In this document: one piece after another, positions 38,610 through 53,008 of the stretch | Layout of the letters: each line of letters starts with the position of its first letter | How positions within the stretch are numbered: position 1 is the first letter of the stretch | Notes under the pieces: generated by a model | Told to the model about the DNA's origin: nothing | The model's database searches: none | The model's input: only the letters and a program-made list of their open reading frames with translations | Made by a program: the position numbers and the translations under genes | NCBI RefSeq assembly: GCF_009834535.1 | Contig: NC_045707.1 | Span: forward strand, 57,104,001 to 57,168,000 | DNA from: Camelus ferus | Lineage: Eukaryota | Length of the DNA stretch: 64,000 nt | Reading direction: 5' to 3'

Positions 38610-39210
38610 GCCCTTCCATAAATATTTATTGAATATACCCTGTGTACTGAATGCATGTCTTTTGGCAAGAAGGGAGTGTTAAAGGTGGAAAGACATGCCT
38701 AACAGAAATAGTAGCAAGAACAAAGTTGAGCAGTTAGACCACCAAGGGACTGACCCCAAGTTATTTAGTAGAGCAAAGCGTGGGGGTGATGGGTGGACTG
38801 AGAGATAATAAATAAAGAACAAAATGTGCATGGAGAGCAGAGGCAGATCACGAAGTGTCTCCCAAACTACATTAAGGAATTTGGATATTATTCTCGGAAC
38901 ACTGGGGGACTCGGGGGCTGTAGCAGAAGCAATTTATTCAGAATTACAACTTAGAAAAAGTTGTTCAGTTGCGAACTAGAGTGCTAATTTGAGGATCCCA
39001 ACCTAGAGCAAGAAATTGGACGGTGGTGGTCTGGTGCAGGCGCAGGTAGAAGATGATGAGATCGAATGTGAGTTACACTCAGCATCGGAAGAGCTTGGTG
39101 ATTGCTGGGATATGCGGACAGAGCAAGAGGAAGAAATCCAGGACAAGCCCCAGGGTTCTGGCTCACAGATGAAAGCCAACACAGAAAGAAGAGGAGATGG
39201 GAGTCAGGCT
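38610..39210 (-). mobile_element. LINE-2 fragment
   Basis: aatatttattgaatataccctgtgtac (L2 3' end) and later ggcagatcacgaag...ttaaggaatttggatattattctc. Confidence 0.65.
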
Positions 39211-42176
39211 TAAGAGGAAGAACATGGTGGCAGGTTCAGCTCTATAAATAAGAGCTCCAGCTGTATCTGGAAATCTGCCAGTGGGTTCCCACTGTGGTTC
39301 TAGAAACACAACATTTAAGCAATATGGATTCAGAAGTTGGTGGCCCATACAGAGAGCTAAAACCCTAGAAATAAATCAATTCAGTGGCCCAGGGCCGCTG
39401 AGTCGTATTAATCACAGCATCATGATGGGCACAGAAGCAATCTGTAAAGAAACCATTCTCTACACCTCTAAATCTATACAGTGAGCTATAAATAACTTGA
39501 ATGGTGGTAGCCAAAAGAAAGCAGAAACAGCGAGTTGTACACCGGTGAAAGAAAATCAATGTAATCTTTGTGTTCACGAGATGGTGCGATTACAGTTTAA
39601 AATACTTAATTCAAAGCAGCTTAACTTTTGGTACTGGAAGCAGACCATTAATTCAAGCTGCAAGACACTGGTCTTATCCGGGTCTCTTACCAGCACACTG
39701 CCTCTTACCTTAGAGAACCTCATAAATAACTTAGAGCTGAACTAGATATGAAATGCTGGACTAACGAAGGAGTAAGATAAAACACATGGAGAAAGGACTC
39801 CGGACAACACAGAGCAATGACAGTTCCGGTTCTAATCCTGACTCGTTCGTTGACTCTGGGAAATTAAATTCTCTGTGATGAATTTTTTCATGTATAAATT
39901 GAGCCCTTTGTTCTAAGTTTTCTTGAGTCTGGACTATCTACAGACCAGGATGCTAAAGATGGTCTTTATATTTGTGCAGGGTTATTCATAGAATGGAAAG
40001 GAAAAGAAAAACATTTACTGAGTGTTTCTATAGGCCAGGAACTTGCAGAATTGTTCATACATATCTGTTTCACTTCATTTCAAGCTTTCTACAAGCCTGT
40101 GAGAAAACCCATGGGCACACAATTAAGGACTTGTCAGCCGCTACAGAAGGAAGTAACTAAACCAGGATTTAAACGGTCTTATTGGGAGTCAGCGTCACTT
40201 TTTCCTGCCCATACTGCTTTTCCAAGGAGCATTAGTCACCTGTTGTTTTCCAAATTAGAACTGACAGCAAAAGAAGAACTGGGAATTACTCTTATGGGGC
40301 CAGTGGGCCCACCGTGCAGAGAATTGCATGCACCAGGGGAAATCAAATTTCCAGACCAGAAGGTTTTGTCAAGGGAGGGTTTACGAACTCTTTCTTGTAA
40401 AGATCTACCAAAACATGACATGTTTTCGCCTTTCTAGAGGGGATTAAATGTGATTCTTGCAAAGGGAAGGAGAATTAGAATAGATGATATTTCAAAGACC
40501 AAACCAATACTATATTATTAATCAATTTCTTAGTGTTTACTCTCTTATCAAAACATTATCACTAGCATAGTAATGAGCACAGAGATTCTAAAAAGCAACT
40601 TACACATCTGAGTTACTTCATGGATCATATTTGAAAAAAGTACCAACTGTAATGTGGGTGTTCTTCTGACATTATAATGCTATAAAGATGAAAATGTGTG
40701 ATTCAATGACTGCTATTTAACTCGGGTATTCACTTTCAGATGGATTAACAATCAGTAAACAGCTATTCACTTTCAGAAAGAGAAAGCCTCACCAAGCCTA
40801 ACATTTGACAAAAGATTATTCCTTCCACAAACCAAATTCACGTAGCTTAGCTCTAAGTCCCTGCTTCTCCAACTATCAGTAAAAATTACCTACGTTAGAC
40901 TAATGAAGGCTTGCTCTAAATGAGGAAAAAACTCTGTTGCCAGGCAACAAAGATGCCATCAAGATATTTTTCGTCTCTTACCAGATGAACACCATCACAG
41001 CATCACTCACTGAACAGTGCTGAAATGACACTGTGTCTATATAACTGTTTTTCCCCAGTCATAACTTCTCATGTCAAACTACCTAAAATCTCTTTCCCAT
41101 GAATAAAAAATAGAGACGAATTTATTTTTGAGAAAAAAAATGTTTTGAGAAAAACAAAAATGCACCAGACAGTGGTGACTCACTCATATTACTAAAGACT
41201 CTGCATTGTACTATTTGAAAGCAGTACAGGGAATATATATGGGACCACCCAGTTCGTGGGGCAGTGGCATTGCCAGTCCAGTCCAAATCAGCTCTCTGAG
41301 TTCTACCGTGTGTATTTCAAAAGTCTAGTTCAATCCATTGTCTTTGAACATATAGGTCTGTACTTAAAAAAAAAAAAAAAAAACTATCACTATAGCCCAA
41401 ATCTGATGAGCTCAGAAAATATTAAGTAAAACCCAGAAAGCAGGGAATGATAGTTAAAAAGTAAAGCCTAGGAAGGCAGCATTTTAATTCTACATAGAAA
41501 TATTTTACTTCAAGATCTGCAACCAAAGGAATGTTTGCTAGTGGCTACTGGTATCCCAAACCAAAGAGAACAGATTTTTAAATAATTAAAAATAGAGTCA
41601 TCAAGGTAAAGTCACTGAAGAGATATTTTCCTCACTGTCATGTCAACTATATAGAGCCTTTTATCCCTTGGCCCCAAAAAACAGGAAAAACATACAGGAT
41701 TTTGCACAGGGCACAGACTAGGTATGCTTAAGTTGGAAGAAAGTCACACATCTACCATATAGTTGTAACATGTTTTTTTAAAAAAAGCATACATTACAAG
41801 GGTCATAAAACTCTCATTGTGCAATTCTAGGGATGAAGAAACTTCCCTATCACAGATTAACTCAGAACCACAGTCTGACAGACTGAAATCCCTCTGCATA
41901 TAAATGTATCAACTCATATGCACAGAAGTGGAATGTGTGAGAATGCAAAGGTAACCGAGGAAGAGGGCAATCCAGGAAAAACGCGTGGCTTCAACTTTGA
42001 TCCTCTCCCCATGCAGTCTCCAATCCTGGTTGTGGGTTTTGTAATCAGTCTACCAAGGAGGAATGAGTCATTACTGTATCTGAGCCCATACCATTTCTCA
42101 CAGAGATCTCAGGCTGGAATGACTGTTACTGAAGTATAATTAATTATTCCATGTTGTAAATAAAATGTATTGCTGC

Positions 42177-42825
42177 TGTTAGAGCAGGCAGATAGCTAGA
42201 TATGAGCAGAGAAAGGGGGACACAGACCAAATGGCAGGAATTGGGCAGAAAGGAGGGGCACAAGCCAAATGCAGGAAACCACACATCATGTAAGCAGCAG
42301 GGTTCCCTAGGCAGAGAAAGAAAAGCAGGAACCTTTGGGCTGATAAGGGATCATGCTTTTTGGGGTGACAAGTGGTCTGGAGAAGAACAAAGAAAGGTGA
42401 GAAAAGGCAGGAATTTCCAGTGTCCAAATGTAACCTTTTGCTCATTATGCCCTCATTTCAGTAAAATTAGCCTTGCAGATCAGAAGCACCCATCATGCAC
42501 CGACGCCATGACACTTCCGATCCAGACTAAATAAGGACAAAAATCCCTTCGTCCTTTGGGAAGGTGGAGTTGGGATGATAATCAGGGAATATGACCCCAA
42601 ACCCAATGATATTCTGCCCATTCATTTTTGCACCCTATGTAGCTAACTTGCCAAACAAACTCAGGGCAGCCGCTCACCTGAGCCTGCCCGCTCTCCCCTT
42701 GAGAGTGTGCTATCCATCCTTTAATAAATCCTCACTTTTACTTTTTTTAACCTCCAAATCCTGTCTCTGAATTCTTTCTGGGGCGGGACAAGAACCTGGA
42801 ACACCGGTTGCATCTACTGGCAACA
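42177..42825 (+). mobile_element. Well-preserved ERV1-class solo LTR (MER50-like start)
   Basis: 649 bp, TGTTAG...GGCAACA termini; perfect 4-bp TSD CTGC (42173-42176, 42826-42829); AATAAA at 42723-42728; U5-like tctctgaattctttctg...gacaagaacctgga. Confidence 0.85.
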
Positions 42826-43794
42826 CTGCCTTTAAAAAAATCTTAGGCTAGTGGCTCTTCTCTCACTATACCTAAGCATTGGGCCTGGATTTGATCAGCC
42901 TAACCCATTTTTGTGGTTAAAATCCTTGTCCCTGTTGTCCATTCTCAGGAAGTACAAACCACCAAACAGTACAAAAATAAGGATTATCAGATCGTGATAC
43001 AGCCTTGACACATTTTAATAATATGGTATTAGGGTGTGTGTGCCTTTAGGATCAATGGTTTTGATTTAAGAACCGGCATGACTGAAGTTTGCCGGAGCCT
43101 GTGGGTCTACTTTAATAAAAATCCAGAATTATCAGATTCCTCCTCAAAGGAAGAAGATTCAGGCTGTATATAGAATGTAGTGACTTCAGAACTTGCAATT
43201 GCAATTAAAACTGTGGCAGTTCAATCAAACAGGGAGAGAAATGCTGTGATTACTCCAAGATATAATAACTCAGCAAAGGTGGCTCAAGGCAGATACGGTA
43301 AGATCAATAACTTCAATCAGCACCAATGTCTCAATACATTAGGAGACTACCGTTTTCTCACTGAAATATTTCTTTAGGGTTTTAAAAACTCTATAAAGAA
43401 TCTGACTCCTCCATTAAAGAGATGGACACAAAACAAACACCAAAATCACCCAGTGCCATTCAAGTTGGTAATCATTATCTCATTTCAAGTATTTCGTCAC
43501 GACCGGGGCATAAGGACACTTGAAACATTTTCAACGTAAGTTCTGTATCTTCTGATGGAAACCACATATATATGTTCTGCCGGCAGGTGGAAAGAACCAT
43601 GGATTCTTTTGATCTAAACCCTTGTCCCTTATAAAAGCCATAGTGCAACTCGAGTGTTCTAACCTTGCAGTCTTCATCTTTATTTAACTGACCAATAGCA
43701 AGCAAAAGAGTAAAGTGTTTCTACCCAGGATTATATAACATTACAGAGTGGGATGTCAAGCTTTTTTGTCACAATAATTTCTAAACTAGTATCA

Positions 43795-43920
43795 AATAGG
43801 AAGGAAATAAATAGGAAGGAAAGAACGAGGGAGGGGAAAAGAAAAGGAAGACGAAGAAAGGTAAGAAGAAAGGAAGGAAGGAAAGAAGGGGAAAAGAAAA
43901 GGGGAAATTTCAAAAAGAAA
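43795..43920 (+). repeat. GA-rich low-complexity tract
   Basis: Almost pure purine run with GGAA/GAAA units. Confidence 0.85.
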
Positions 43921-46900
43921 TAAGGTCTATTATGTTTTGGGTTTTGGTGCTTGGTTGCTTAAATTTAAAGATCATTTTTTTGTACTAGGTGATTCACTCA
44001 TAAAGAAAACAGTACTTTTACACTAATCTTAAGTCAGAAAAAAGAAAAGAAATCTTGCAAAGGACACCATGCCCTGCATTGACAGTTCTTCCTTTGTAAA
44101 ACCGTGCTTGCAGTTTGATTTCTGGAAAAGCTCATCTTAGTACTAAAAATGATCCATAACAGTACAGTGTTTTATCCGGTGATTGTACAACTGAAAGATA
44201 ACGAAGTTCTGGTTGCTTAGTTTTGTACATGGATTATCATGTCTTAAGGGAACAATTATCAATTCTCTTAATTTTCCCTTTTTAAATCATAATTGCAGCA
44301 CCTCTGTTTCTCAACCTTTATCTAAAAAAGTTCAGTCAATAATCCAAGTGCTTTTAATCATATTACAGATAAGTTACCGTGAAGATAAAGCATCTGGGTA
44401 TAGATAATTCATCTATTATTCAGATTTATGAATCAAATACATATAACTCTCCTACCTAGACTTGGCAAAACCAATTGCTTTCATGAGAGCATCAAACATT
44501 TACTTCATTACAATCCAAAACAAGGGTTTAATGCTTCAGTGGTGTTGAACAGCAATGATTCTTTTTTAAAATCTCTGTAAGGAGTTGATCTGCTCTCGGA
44601 TTTTCCACAGATTAGTTCTCAATTTTAAATCTTAGGTATTATTTAAATCAGACATCAAAGAGTGTTGATATTAATGGATCAAAGAGGATGTTAGTCACTA
44701 GAGATCTGTTGTTGCTAATACAAATTTCACTTGGGTAACAAAAACAACATGGTAATATAAATGGATTGACTGCAGAGTGGCTTCTTATAACTCAAGTCCC
44801 AGGAATTAATCAATTGTCACTTATACATTTTAGTTATTTAATATATTCCTCACTAATTCCAAATTATACATCATAGTTTCTTAACAGCTCATTTGTACAC
44901 GTATATTAATGTAATCAGAGAGCACGTTCATAAATTATCCATTGTATGGAAGGTTCATAAAAGTGTGTGATTGTATAAAATACTATCAATTTCTAAGTCA
45001 ATAACAAGTAAGAGCAACCTTGTAGAAAATTTGAAGTAAAGAAAAATATTCCTTTGGGCAAAGCTCAACCTTCCCTCAAACGTTATCAGATTTTTTATTG
45101 ACATACCTCTTGGGGAAGCGCACCGACATCTATTTGATATGTAAAGTATTAGGAAATTCATAAACGTGCTAGAAATAGCAAATTTTTCTCTCAGTTTTTA
45201 AGAGTTACTAATAACTCATGAAGTACTTGTCTTTTCCCCCATTAATCTGATATCACCTTAAGAAAGCTGAACAGTTGCAAATATTAAACTTCAGTATCAC
45301 TTTGCAATTATTTACCACAACATGCAACTTTGAAAACAGCAAATTGATTTCTTCTATGCAAATAAAGACTCTAACTAAATTTTCTGTTAGTAGCAGACAT
45401 CTGCACCACCTGGGATAAATTTCCTTTATAAAAATAAGGACAAAACCACCGACCTATCCAGCTAGCTAGTTGCCTACCTACATACCTATCCATGTGTATG
45501 TCTTTGTGTACTTTAATCAGACACAATATCAATGCTGTAAAATTAAATGTGCAGATGGAAAGAATCAGTCATTTTGAGTAGAAATCCACTATGTTTTCCA
45601 CAGTAATGAGCAGCCATTCAAGCCTGATTAAAGTGACAGCACACGGACATAATGTGGCTATTAATTCCCTCTGAACAACACATTAAAGAAAAATTGCAAA
45701 TTCACATGGAATTCAGTACCCACTAGAGACCTCATATGCTTGTTTCTCAGGCTTCAGTGAGTTTTTTGTTTTTTGGGTTTTTTTCGTTTTTTTGTAAGCC
45801 TGGATGCACTACATCTGCACAGGCTATAATCTGCAAAGACATCAGTAAGAAAAAGTAAAAGAATCATAATTTTATTTATTAATGTGTTGGTTTCCTTCAA
45901 CAAGCTTTAGCATAGTCACCTTTAAGGAGGAAAGGGGGGAAACAAAACTCTTCTACAAGCATTTGTGTAAGGTCACTTATGTGTTGGCAACAACTCTCCA
46001 TTTTGACCAGGAAAGGAAAAGCATCTTGGAAAATATCTTAAAGGTGATAAGATAGTTTCCTCTTTATGCCCAGGAAAATAAGTGTTAGAACTTTCCTGGT
46101 GAACAGGGTATGCATCAATTCTATAAATACTCTTCCTTGCAGGGGTCATAATTTTTCACTCGTTTTTATATATTTTACACATAGCATTGCTCTTTCTCCA
46201 AATTCAATCTTATCTTTTTTATTCCCAAATGGCTACAAATCTGAATTTAGATTAAAAAATTTCTCCCTTAGCAAATCATATATGAGAAAACAGAAACTCT
46301 GATTTTCACCTTACTTAAGGAACATGTATATTCTGTTCTGATCATTTGATATTTTTTATTACAAATGATATAGAAAACACGTTTTTCTAAAAGAGTAATA
46401 TCCAAGAAAATAATGTAAAAAGTATAATTTATTAGAATCAGAGTTCTAAAATATTAGACACTGAAATTCAGTTTTAGCCACTCGATCTTCTAGAAATAAT
46501 CATTCTAAAAATCAGACCTAATTTTTGCTAAGAAATTTTATTAATTTTTTAATCCAAATTTGATATCCTGCCCCAATTGCTCAGGAGATGGAAATTCTGA
46601 AAAGGCTAATACACAATTGTTAACCTAATAAGTTGAACCAAGTAAGGTTGAACTGAAATATGTACATATGAAGGCCACAAGGCCCCCATAACTCATAGCT
46701 ACGCTCAGTGGGCCAAATGGTAAAGCCAACAAAATCACCAGACTCAGTGATGAGGAAAACAGATTCCAGATAATCTACTTACTTTCACATATGTATGCAA
46801 TCATCCTTCAAAAGAAGCAGCAGAAAGGTTTTTTCAATCTGTACCAAAATTTTAGTCTAACCACTGAATATGACAAGCTGTTCCCAAGGATCACTTAGTG

Positions 46901-47517
46901 GAAGGATAATAGAGAATAAATAAGTAAATAAATAAATTACATATATAGTAGTCTTTTGGTGAAAAATAAATTTCTCTGTCTTAAGTGCTAGGCAGAAGAG
47001 GTCTGAACATCAGAAGGGAGCCAGAAAACCACAGGAAATCCTATTAAAGAAACAGTGCTTTCCAAAAAAAGGGTACTCTGGGAGCAGCGTGTACAGTGTA
47101 CAGGGAAGCAGAGAGGACCGAGATGGGGGATGAGGATAATTTAATCAGGGCAGATGTTAAGGTAGCTGCTGCAGCTCAAAGGCAATAGGAGCACTGAAGG
47201 TGCAGTGAATCCAACAGACACTTCAAAGGAAAACCTGAGATTCAGGGACTCACCTGATATGGGAAACAAAGAGAAGCAGCAGCAAAAGAGGTCTCTGGGG
47301 CTTTATACGTAAGGACCAAGAGGATGGTAGCATCAATGTCATTTATGAAGATGTTTTTAACAAAAGGATGTTCAAAGAATTGCTTATTTCTAATGAAACC
47401 AGAACCACCTGATTCCTGAGTCTGTGCCTGATCATCATGATTCAGAATTTCCTCCAATCCTTGCAGAGTTTCTGAACATTTCTGCAATAGTTATGCACAT
47501 GTTTGGAAAATGCTCAC

Positions 47518-47621
47518 CAGTTTGCCACCAATGGTCTAGGACGGGTACTCGGAAGACTTTTTTGGACCATTCCAGGGTCTCCAAGTCACATCGTTCTCCA
47601 GCCACAAATAATGTTTTGAAC
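47518..47621 (-). CDS. ACSS3: ACSS3 exon 9
   Basis: 104 nt, attatattcag / gtgagc. (R)FKTLFVAGERCDLETLEWSKKVFRVPVLDHWWQT contains the AGE and DHWWQT motifs of acyl-CoA synthetases. Confidence 0.97.
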
Positions 47622-49119
47622 CTGAATATAATAGGGTGAGTGAATTCAAATTATTCCCTGAAAAAAAACTGAAAGAATTCCATCTACCTTCTTTTAAACA
47701 TTGTACAATCCAAGCGCATTAATTCTGTCAGAGGAAAATAGTCATACCACCAGTATAACACACTGTAGAATGGTCAGAGGCATTATTTTTCTTGACCCAA
47801 ATATGACTACATGCATATCATAGCATTGGAAAGAGATGCTTCAAAAGTAGAATTCACATCTATAGCTTCTCAGTTTTGAGAAGAGCAACTAAGTTGAGCT
47901 TTGTAATCTATCTGTCTTATTCACCTAATGATCAAAACGGAAAAACCTTTTTCCTCCTTGACATTACCGCTACTAATTTTAGCTCCAAGTTTGATTGCTG
48001 TATTCTACTTCAGCTTATACACAGAAATACACTCTCAAGTAACAGCTAAGGCAACAAATATGCTCATAAATATGATGCACTTGATCCTTCTCCTGAGTTA
48101 CTTTGCTAAAGATTACTCTAATTTCAACACATATTTCTCCTATTCCAAGGATATAGATAGGAAAGATAGGTAGTTAAAAAGTAAATGCCATTGTGGCTTT
48201 CCAGGTTAAAAAGGCTTTTATCAAAAGGAACAGACGATTACTAAGGAATGAACAATTTTTGGCAGAGAGCACCATGCCACAGAACAGGAAGGATGAAATA
48301 GAAAAACCAGAATTGGTTAACACTACTGGCGGTTCATTAAGAGAATGACTATTTTTCTCCCCTTATCAATGGCCCCATGGCCTATCTGTCAAAACAAAGA
48401 ATATACATATGAAAAGTCAATTCATTATCATCGAAATAAAACCCAATCAAACAAATAAACCCTACCTACCCTGAACAATGTAATAGAGCCACAGAAAATT
48501 TCTTACCATTCCCTTAACTTACATCATTTCATGAAGAGCCCATGAAGATTCAAATATTTCCCCTCTATGCTCCAAGAACATGCATTTCCTGTTTCTGCTA
48601 TAAACATGTATCTATTCTGTAATTGTTTGCTGCCTATTTCTCACAATGGACTGTGAGCTTCTTAGGAACATTCATCTTTATGATCGCAATACCAATCAAA
48701 ATACCTGGGAATTTTAGGTAGTTAAACATTTAAACAAACTACATATATATTTGCAATTTGAGGTAAAATTTATGTAATCAAATGTGTATTCATTTATAAC
48801 TTGCTTGAAATTAAAATTTGGATTATCAATTATGTCCTCATCAGACAGAAACGTTAGAGCAGAATGAATTAAATGCATTAAGTCATTAAAAGTAGGTTCA
48901 AGTATAATGAAGGTTAGTGTAAAGTTTTAAAATGTAAAATGAGGTTGATACAGCTATGATTTTAGATGCTATGTAAAGACAAGACAAAATAAAAATATAA
49001 GCACCATATTGTTGATAATCCTAACGCTGAAAAATATGGCCATATTTTATTTTTATCTTATTCAAACAATCAGCTTCCTGATATTTTTTTAAACTTTCAT
49101 GATTAAGAATATTATGCAT

Positions 49120-49470
49120 TTCTAGGGTAAACGAGGAGCAAGTGAAGTCGTTTAGAGCGGCAGGCCTGGGCCTTGTCCCGGAGGGGCCTGTAGGGCTTTC
49201 TAAGGAATCTGGATTTCATCATGAAGGCAATGAGAAGCGAATTAAAGCCATTAAAGGTTTTAAGCAGGAGAGTGGCACCATGAGATGCTTGCTTTAGGAA
49301 GTCGCCATTGGCAGAGGTGTGGAGGATAAAAGGAGGGTCAGGGCAGGAGCCCAGGGGCCTGACTTTGGAGGCTGTCACCATCTTGGAGAAGAGGTGAGAC
49401 AGGAACTTGGGCAGCCCCCTCTCCCCGGGGGAAAAGGTGGAGGTGGAGATGGGGGGTTGTCCAGGAGGTC
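49120..49470 (-). mobile_element. LINE-2 fragment
   Basis: ggcctgtagggctttctaaggaatctggattt...gaaggcaatgagaagc...ggttttaagcaggagagtggcac is an L2-type segment. Confidence 0.7.
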
Positions 49471-50104
49471 TGAGTGGCAGGACTTACTGCTATGACAATT
49501 TGCATTTCCCTGGAAAGCTTTTCAGAAATAAGTTGTATGTCATTGTAAAAACAACAACAACAACAAATAAACAAGCCAAAAATACAAACTCTGATATACC
49601 TGAGTATAAACATACTATAAACAAAGACAAGTTTAGGAATAAGATGACTAATGAAACAATTTAAAATCTTTTAATAACTATTCAATCAAATATTATTTAA
49701 CTCTTAATTCCTCACAATAAATAAAACCATGTTATGTAATTTTTAATTTTTATAATCAAATGATTACTGAAAAAAATCTTAGTATAAATCTAAAGTTGAA
49801 AAATATAATTTAAAGATAAACTCATGCCTAAGGGCAATAGTGTATTCTTATTTTTTAAAGGACATTTAGTCCTTCAGGATTGCAAAAAAGGAATAGAAAT
49901 ATTTTCAACAGTGAAATCTCTCATTAAGGACCTTGCCATTATTTTATTAATAATACAAAGAGATAAATGTCTCATATTTAAAAATTCAAAAATGGATTTT
50001 TATTTAAAAATATATTTTGTAAAAGTGAAAATTAGATATTTTTTTCACAGTGATTTGGACTCTCTGGAGGGTAAATTTATCCATATTAGTTACATATATC
50101 CTGT

Positions 50105-50278
50105 ATCTGCACTGCACAATATGGTAGCTACTAGCTACTGTGGCTATTTAAAATTGAAAAAAACCAAAAATATCAATTTCTTCATAGTATTACCCTTTGT
50201 TAAGAGTTCAGTAGTTCAGTAGGGACATGTGGCTAGTACCTACTACTACAGAGTTCGGTTTTACTGGATAGTGTGCCC
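50105..50278. mobile_element. MER3/MER33-like hAT-Charlie DNA transposon relic
   Basis: caatatggtagctactagctactgtggctattt and the inverted counterpart acatgtggctagtacctac. Confidence 0.65.
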
Positions 50279-50889
50279 TAGATTGTTCCAGACTCACTCA
50301 ATATATGGGAGATATTCTGACGATGGTAACACGTGGAAAGATAAATCTACTCCCAAATGTATACTAAAAGGATAAACAGAATGACAATATACACTACCCA
50401 GAGTAGAAATAACGGGAATGAGACCTATACACCTTTCCTCAATTCTATATAAAACTGAGTACAATTCAAGACTCAAATGAAGTTGAAAATTAAGCAAAAA
50501 GGCAAACAGAAAAATGGTTATGCTAATTTTATTCCAAAATACACAGAAAAGCTGCACGGTAATGGATAAAATGCTAAAGATAAATTCTGGTGAAGAATTT
50601 TCAGGTAATAAAGTAGGGGTAGAAGAAAAGTAAAATGAGTATTTCTTTCAAGGTCCATAAACTAGCAAACAAGAGAAAATTACTCTTCACTTGTGCCAAC
50701 AGAAGTTAAATAAAAATAGATTATTTCAGTGACACCTCGTCAACTTCTAGTTCACATGACAGAGCATCATTATCTTTGCCCTCAAGGTCTCTGTAGTTCT
50801 CTCCATCTTTCCTTAATTCTATTTCTTCCATTGATCCCCACTAAAAAAATTTAAACTACCTTTTGAAAAAAAAAAAAAACTCTCCACCA

Positions 50890-52640
50890 TTTGTTACTGT
50901 TATTTATTGCATTGTTTGGCTTCCGTTTAAACACAATATCCAATTATCATTATAAGAGTAACAGACCATATAAATTCAACAGCATAATTCATCAGTTTTT
51001 GCTGCTGCTTTTTTTGTCTCCCGTATCATTCCCCCTATGTTCATTTTTCCTTCAGGAAAGCCTTTGGATTTTAAGTTCTCTTGGCTTTGTCTGGATGAAC
51101 ATGTTTCTATTTTAGCCTCAGTCTTCAATAAAAGATTCTTGTTTGACAGTTCTCCCTCAGAACTTTGAAGACCTTTCCCTCTTGTCATCTGGCATCTGTT
51201 GGCATCAGTTTGGATTTTCCTTTTCAGTGCTCTGTTGACTCTCTCTGATAGTCTTTCTTTCTTTCTTTCTTCCTTTCTTTCTTTTTCTTTCTGTCTTTCT
51301 GTCTTTCTTTCTTTTCTGTCTTTCTTTCTTTTCTTTCTTTCTGTCTTTCTTTCTTTCTTTCTTTTCTTTCTGTCTTTCTCTTCCTTCCTTCCTCTCTCTC
51401 TCCCTCTCTCTCTCTCTTTCTTTCTTCTTCTTTTATTTTAATCTATAGCTACAATTCATGTTCTGCAGTTTTCAAATGACCTGTCCAATGAGAATTTACT
51501 TATATCCAACCTGCTTAGTACTTGGATGGCTTTTTCCATCTGGGAGCCACATCTTTCTTCAATTCTGTAACATATTCATTTATTGGCTCTTCAGTTGTCA
51601 TTTCTTTAATAATGTTTCCATTTTCTTCTTCTGAAATTCCTACTAGATATATTTGGAGTTTCCTATTCTTCCCTCCAAGTCCCTAAATGGTTCTTTCAGA
51701 TTTTTTTGCTTTTTCTCTCTGCTTTGCATTCTGGATAATATCCTCAATTCTATTTGTATTGTGTATTTGTAATTTTAATCAGTCTTACTTGATTGTGCCC
51801 ATCTATTTCTTTTATTTATTTATTTGCTTTACACTATCCATTGAATGTTTTTTATTTTTCATACCCATTACATATTTAATAATTTCATGTAAAATTAGTT
51901 TATGACTTATTATTCTTAACAGACTTATTGTCAAGTATGATTTGACTATATTACAAAAATAATCTCAATTGGAATGAATCCACAGTTCTAACTGTTGACT
52001 TTATTAGCATTAGAGTTCTTTGTGTGTTTAGAATTTTATTTCTCACTCTCTTGTCAAAAAAGAAGTTCTTTGTTTTTATTTTTAACTCTTTCTCTCTCCT
52101 ATGCTCTCCTTCTCTGAAGGTTTGTAGGTGATACAATTATCCTCTAGAAGTCCAATGCCATAATGATGGCTCAGAATTATTAACCCACAGTGATACTCAG
52201 AATGTCACACATCCTATTCCAGGATGACAGATGGGTAGTTTGGTTCAGTCTCTGGTTGCTAGGCTGTTCTTTGCCTCATTCAGAACCCTAGACCAAAGCA
52301 CGCTATATGTCACAGTCCCAGAAAACAACTTACAGCCATTAACATCAGCCTCCTTTTCTGAGTGGCGAGTAACAGCCCAGCCCACCTTCAATCACTAAGC
52401 AAGCTCTGACTCCATGACCTGAATAAGCAGGGCAATACTGAGTCTCTATTACTCCTCTAATGCCTGCTTGTACACCTAGCAAGTCTCTGGCTTCAGCCAC
52501 CCTTACCACTTTGCAAATCTAATCCATTTCCAATCCACAAAAATGTTTATTTTTCATCTCAGTTCTGATGCTCTGCTTCTTCTTTTTTGTATTATCTCTC
52601 ATTGCTCTGTAGTTGGAAACGAAAAGCTACATCAAAGTAT
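50890..52640 (-). mobile_element. Decayed L1/HAL1-like ORF1-region fragment, antisense
   Basis: T-rich tract with ttcttctgaaattcctactagatatatttggag and tgctttgcattctggataat, typical of antisense old L1 ORF1; boundaries uncertain. Confidence 0.5.
51252..51433 (+). repeat. Compound (TTTC)n/(TCTG)/(TC)n microsatellite
   Basis: Directly visible pyrimidine tandem repeat. Confidence 0.95.
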
Positions 52641-52779
52641 GAGGTAGTGTGCTATCTTGAATGCAAATCTCAGTACAGAATTTTTTCTAACTTTCTTAAA
52701 ACTGAACTAGAAGATCACGGGAAAATAAATCACTACAATGTGATAAAAAGAGCAGTGAATTAAAAAGCAGAAGGTGGTA

Positions 52780-52884
52780 ATAATAGCTAAGACTTAGTAT
52801 GTTAAGAACAGTTCCAAGTGCTTTGCATGGATTATGTATCTATTATTTTCATTATAATCTTGTACAATTACTGTTCTTAAAGTC

Positions 52885-52919
<35 letters not shown>

Positions 52920-52957
52920 GAAAAGAAGAAGAAAGAAAGAAAGAGAGAAAGAAAGAG

Positions 52958-53008
<51 letters not shown>

